This document shows, piece by piece, positions 61,436 through 64,000 of a stretch of DNA of 64,000 bases. The notes beneath the pieces were generated by a model that worked only from the letters and a program-made list of their open reading frames with translations, made no database searches and was not told the DNA's origin. The translations under genes were made by a program, and so were the position numbers. Every line of letters starts with the position of its first letter. The first letter of the stretch is position 1. This DNA is from Hamiltosporidium tvaerminnensis FI-OER-3-3. Its lineage: Eukaryota > Fungi > Microsporidia. The DNA is taken from contig JAKIMF020000001.1 of the NCBI GenBank assembly GCA_022605425.2, forward strand, positions 2,170,001 to 2,234,000, in the 5' to 3' direction.

Positions 61436-61667
61436 AATTTTTTAGATTTATTGGCAAATGAAATATAATTTTTGAAGAATATTCATTGAGCAAATTTGGG
61501 TCAAAAAACACAGCATTTTGCATTTATTGGCAACTTAGGGAATGTTTTGCACTAAGAAATTTATTTGAACAAATTTCAAGTCAAAAAAACGAATTTAAGA
61601 TTTCTCGACAAATAAAATATTTATTTGTATAATCATTTACATATAAAAATTAAAAATAAACAATTAT

Positions 61668-62108
61668 TTATTTTATACAATCATAATCCTTTTCACCATT
61701 TCGTATTGTAATTGTACCATCCGGATATCTTATTTCTTTGATTCCACCAGGAAATGTTTTTTCTATTTGTCCATTTGAAAATTCATATGTAATTATTTTC
61801 GTTGATGCATCATAAAGATATCTATATTTTCCATTTTTATTGACAACATACGTAGATCCATCTTTTAAATGGTATCTGGTCTTGTTTTTTAAAGAATCTG
61901 TATGTACAACTTTTTTAGTGTCTATATAAGATTTGTATTGGTCATTTAAATTTTTAAGTTTTATTATTTCTTCTTTTAGTATTTCTATTAGAGAAAAATT
62001 CTTTTTATTTTCCATTTTGTCTATTAATGCTTGAATTGAATTTATTTTTTCTTTAATAGACGTTCGCATAAATAAAGGATTACCCAATTCGTAAGCAATG
62101 CCTGGCAT
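61668..62108 (-). CDS. TCP10_C (SAS-4/CENP-J G-box-like) domain protein
   Basis: N-terminal coiled coil followed by beta-repeats YEFSNGQIEKTFPGGIKEIRYPDGT. Confidence 0.75.
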   Translation of the reverse strand: MPGIAYELGNPLFMRTSIKEKINSIQALIDKMENKKNFSLIEILKEEIIKLKNLNDQYKSYIDTKKVVHTDSLKNKTRYHLKDGSTYVVNKNGKYRYLYDASTKIITYEFSNGQIEKTFPGGIKEIRYPDGTITIRNGEKDYDCIK

Positions 62109-63449
62109 TTAAGGGATAGTGATTTATTTTTTAACATAAACCATTATAAGAAATGGTAAATTTTTATTTAGAAAAGATTGGCTGGCAAATAAATTACAAG
62201 GAATTTATTATGTGCAGAAATAATTTGTCAGTTATAAATTATATTTTAATTTGTAATTTAAAAAACTTGAAACTTTTTGTTAAATATTTTGGTTTTTATT
62301 TTAAAAAAATTATAAAAAATGGCAAACATTTATAAAATCGTTATTTTTCATCCATGAAGAATCAAATTTTATAAATTATAAAGAAAAAATAAGTAACAGT
62401 GACCGAGATATCCAATATATATTTTAACCGGAGTTTGGGATTCTTCTGATTTATATAGTTTTTTCTTTATAAATATTTCCTTCCATGTACTAATTTATTG
62501 GTGTAGTTTGTATTTAATTGTCATTGGGAAGAAATTAGTCTTATGTTCAAAATATACATCCCGTTGTTTAATCTGACTTTTATGTTTTTATAACACGCTC
62601 TATTTTTATACACTCTTTTTATTTAAATGCCCTCCTATTCATTTCCTGTTTTTCTGTACATCATCTGAATCACATTCCATCTGTTATTTCATATCTAATT
62701 ACTCTCAAAATTTGTTTTATATAAAATAAATTAGGTAGTTAGATATGAGTATAATGCCAACTAGGATTTTAGTTCCTTTCAACTTTTATGGCAGCTTTCA
62801 GTTTTTCATTGTTTTTATTAGCATTACTAAAGCGAAAACTGCATTTTATACTTCCAGATACTCTTATAAAATAATATAGACAACAAACAAATTTATTTAT
62901 AGTTTATAATTCATTCGTTTCTCGTCTAAGTTTTCATTATATATATAAATTATATATGATAACTACATAATAAAGATTGTAAGTTGTAAAAATAGAAATG
63001 AAAAAGAAATTCTTATAACATATTTAAAAACCCGTCAGTGTCCAGGTTGTGTATATCTTAGAAAATACACAATCAAAATATTTATACCGTTGTATTTCCA
63101 CACAAATTGCCGGATTTACAAAGTTTCCTCTTTACTGTGCGATTTATAAAAGATCTGCAAGCGGTAAGAAATACTAAAAATATTCGTTTATCAAATTTGG
63201 GTTTCTCATAGCCAAACAAATCTTATATACTAAGAGAATTCAAAAATTTATTTTTTTTTCGGCATTGACTGGCTTGAATGTCAAATTCATACATGGAAGA
63301 CCACGTAATTCAAAAGCACAAAATCGGTTTTAAGTTATAAATCAAGCTATAAAAATGGCTAACGAAGAAATTTTACGAAAAAAGATGTATTGTATATTTT
63401 ACAAATAGTATTCATGTATATAATAGAGGTATAAATATATATACAACAA

Positions 63450-64000
63450 AGGTCTTCATAGTGTTGAGTTCAAAAGCGAACATATGCTTTTGCAACTCTT
63501 GGATTATCTGGAAAAATCTAAAGAAACATCGACCAGAAGAGCAGCAATCCTTAAGGTGGAGAATGATAATAAAACCCATCTTGCACTAATAAAAGACTTT
63601 TTAAAAGTAAAATACGGGATGGCAGAGTAAGTCACTAAAAATAAATTAGATGAAGCTCAACTAGCTAACTTATATAACGAAATAGAAAAACGAAAACTAC
63701 ATTCAAAGTTATATAATGCTAGAAACAACGAGCTAGTAAGTGTAAATGACTCCTCAAGATGGTTAAAGAAAGGAAGTGTAAGACCGCGTGATGAAGCAGT
63801 GTTCTGCTATATCCAGGATAGAAACGTATTTTGGAGAGCAGAAGGTGTGTGTCAACACTGCAACACGTCTAGAAAAACAGTAGACCATTTAGCAACGAGA
63901 TGTGAAAAAATGCTTGGTCATGACTATACTAGACGACACAATGAAGTGGTACGATGTATACATTTGCTCTTGTTAAATAAATATAAATTCAAGTCTTCAA
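63450..64000 (+). pseudogene. 5'-truncated R4/Dong copy from a diverged subfamily, runs off the window
   Basis: Encodes GLHSVE..SEHMLLQLL, CQHC..HLATRC and HDYTRRHNEVV, with many synonymous differences and an in-frame TAA near 63628. Confidence 0.9.

Overview
Very AT-rich eukaryotic DNA. Intronless, compact and divergent housekeeping genes, most with a CCC/GGG motif just before the ATG, point to a large-genome microsporidian (Hamiltosporidium-like; this is an inference). Core genes: MetAP2, POL12, UTP10, an ABC1/UbiB kinase, RPN7, BRAP2/ETP1, NAT10/KRE33, RpiA, a GPAT, BUD31, a Tlg2-like syntaxin, RPC34, an inositol 5-phosphatase and a TCP10/SAS-4-domain protein. There are also three small secreted proteins and an LRR-like pseudogene. 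The spacers hold a retroelement community: one intact R4/Dong-type non-LTR element with a 13-bp TSD and six fragments of it, a Tc1-type element with TIRs, and an RTE-derived bipartite mini-element. Most notable is an ORF-less ~720-nt repeat present in six copies. It folds as a structured RNA on one strand (cUUCGg and GNRA hairpins, a nested double pseudoknot) and shows 5' truncation with a 13-bp TSD. A shorter second family shares its 5' head. I propose these are structured-RNA non-autonomous retroposons moved by the R4/Dong enzyme. All alignments and folds were done by eye.
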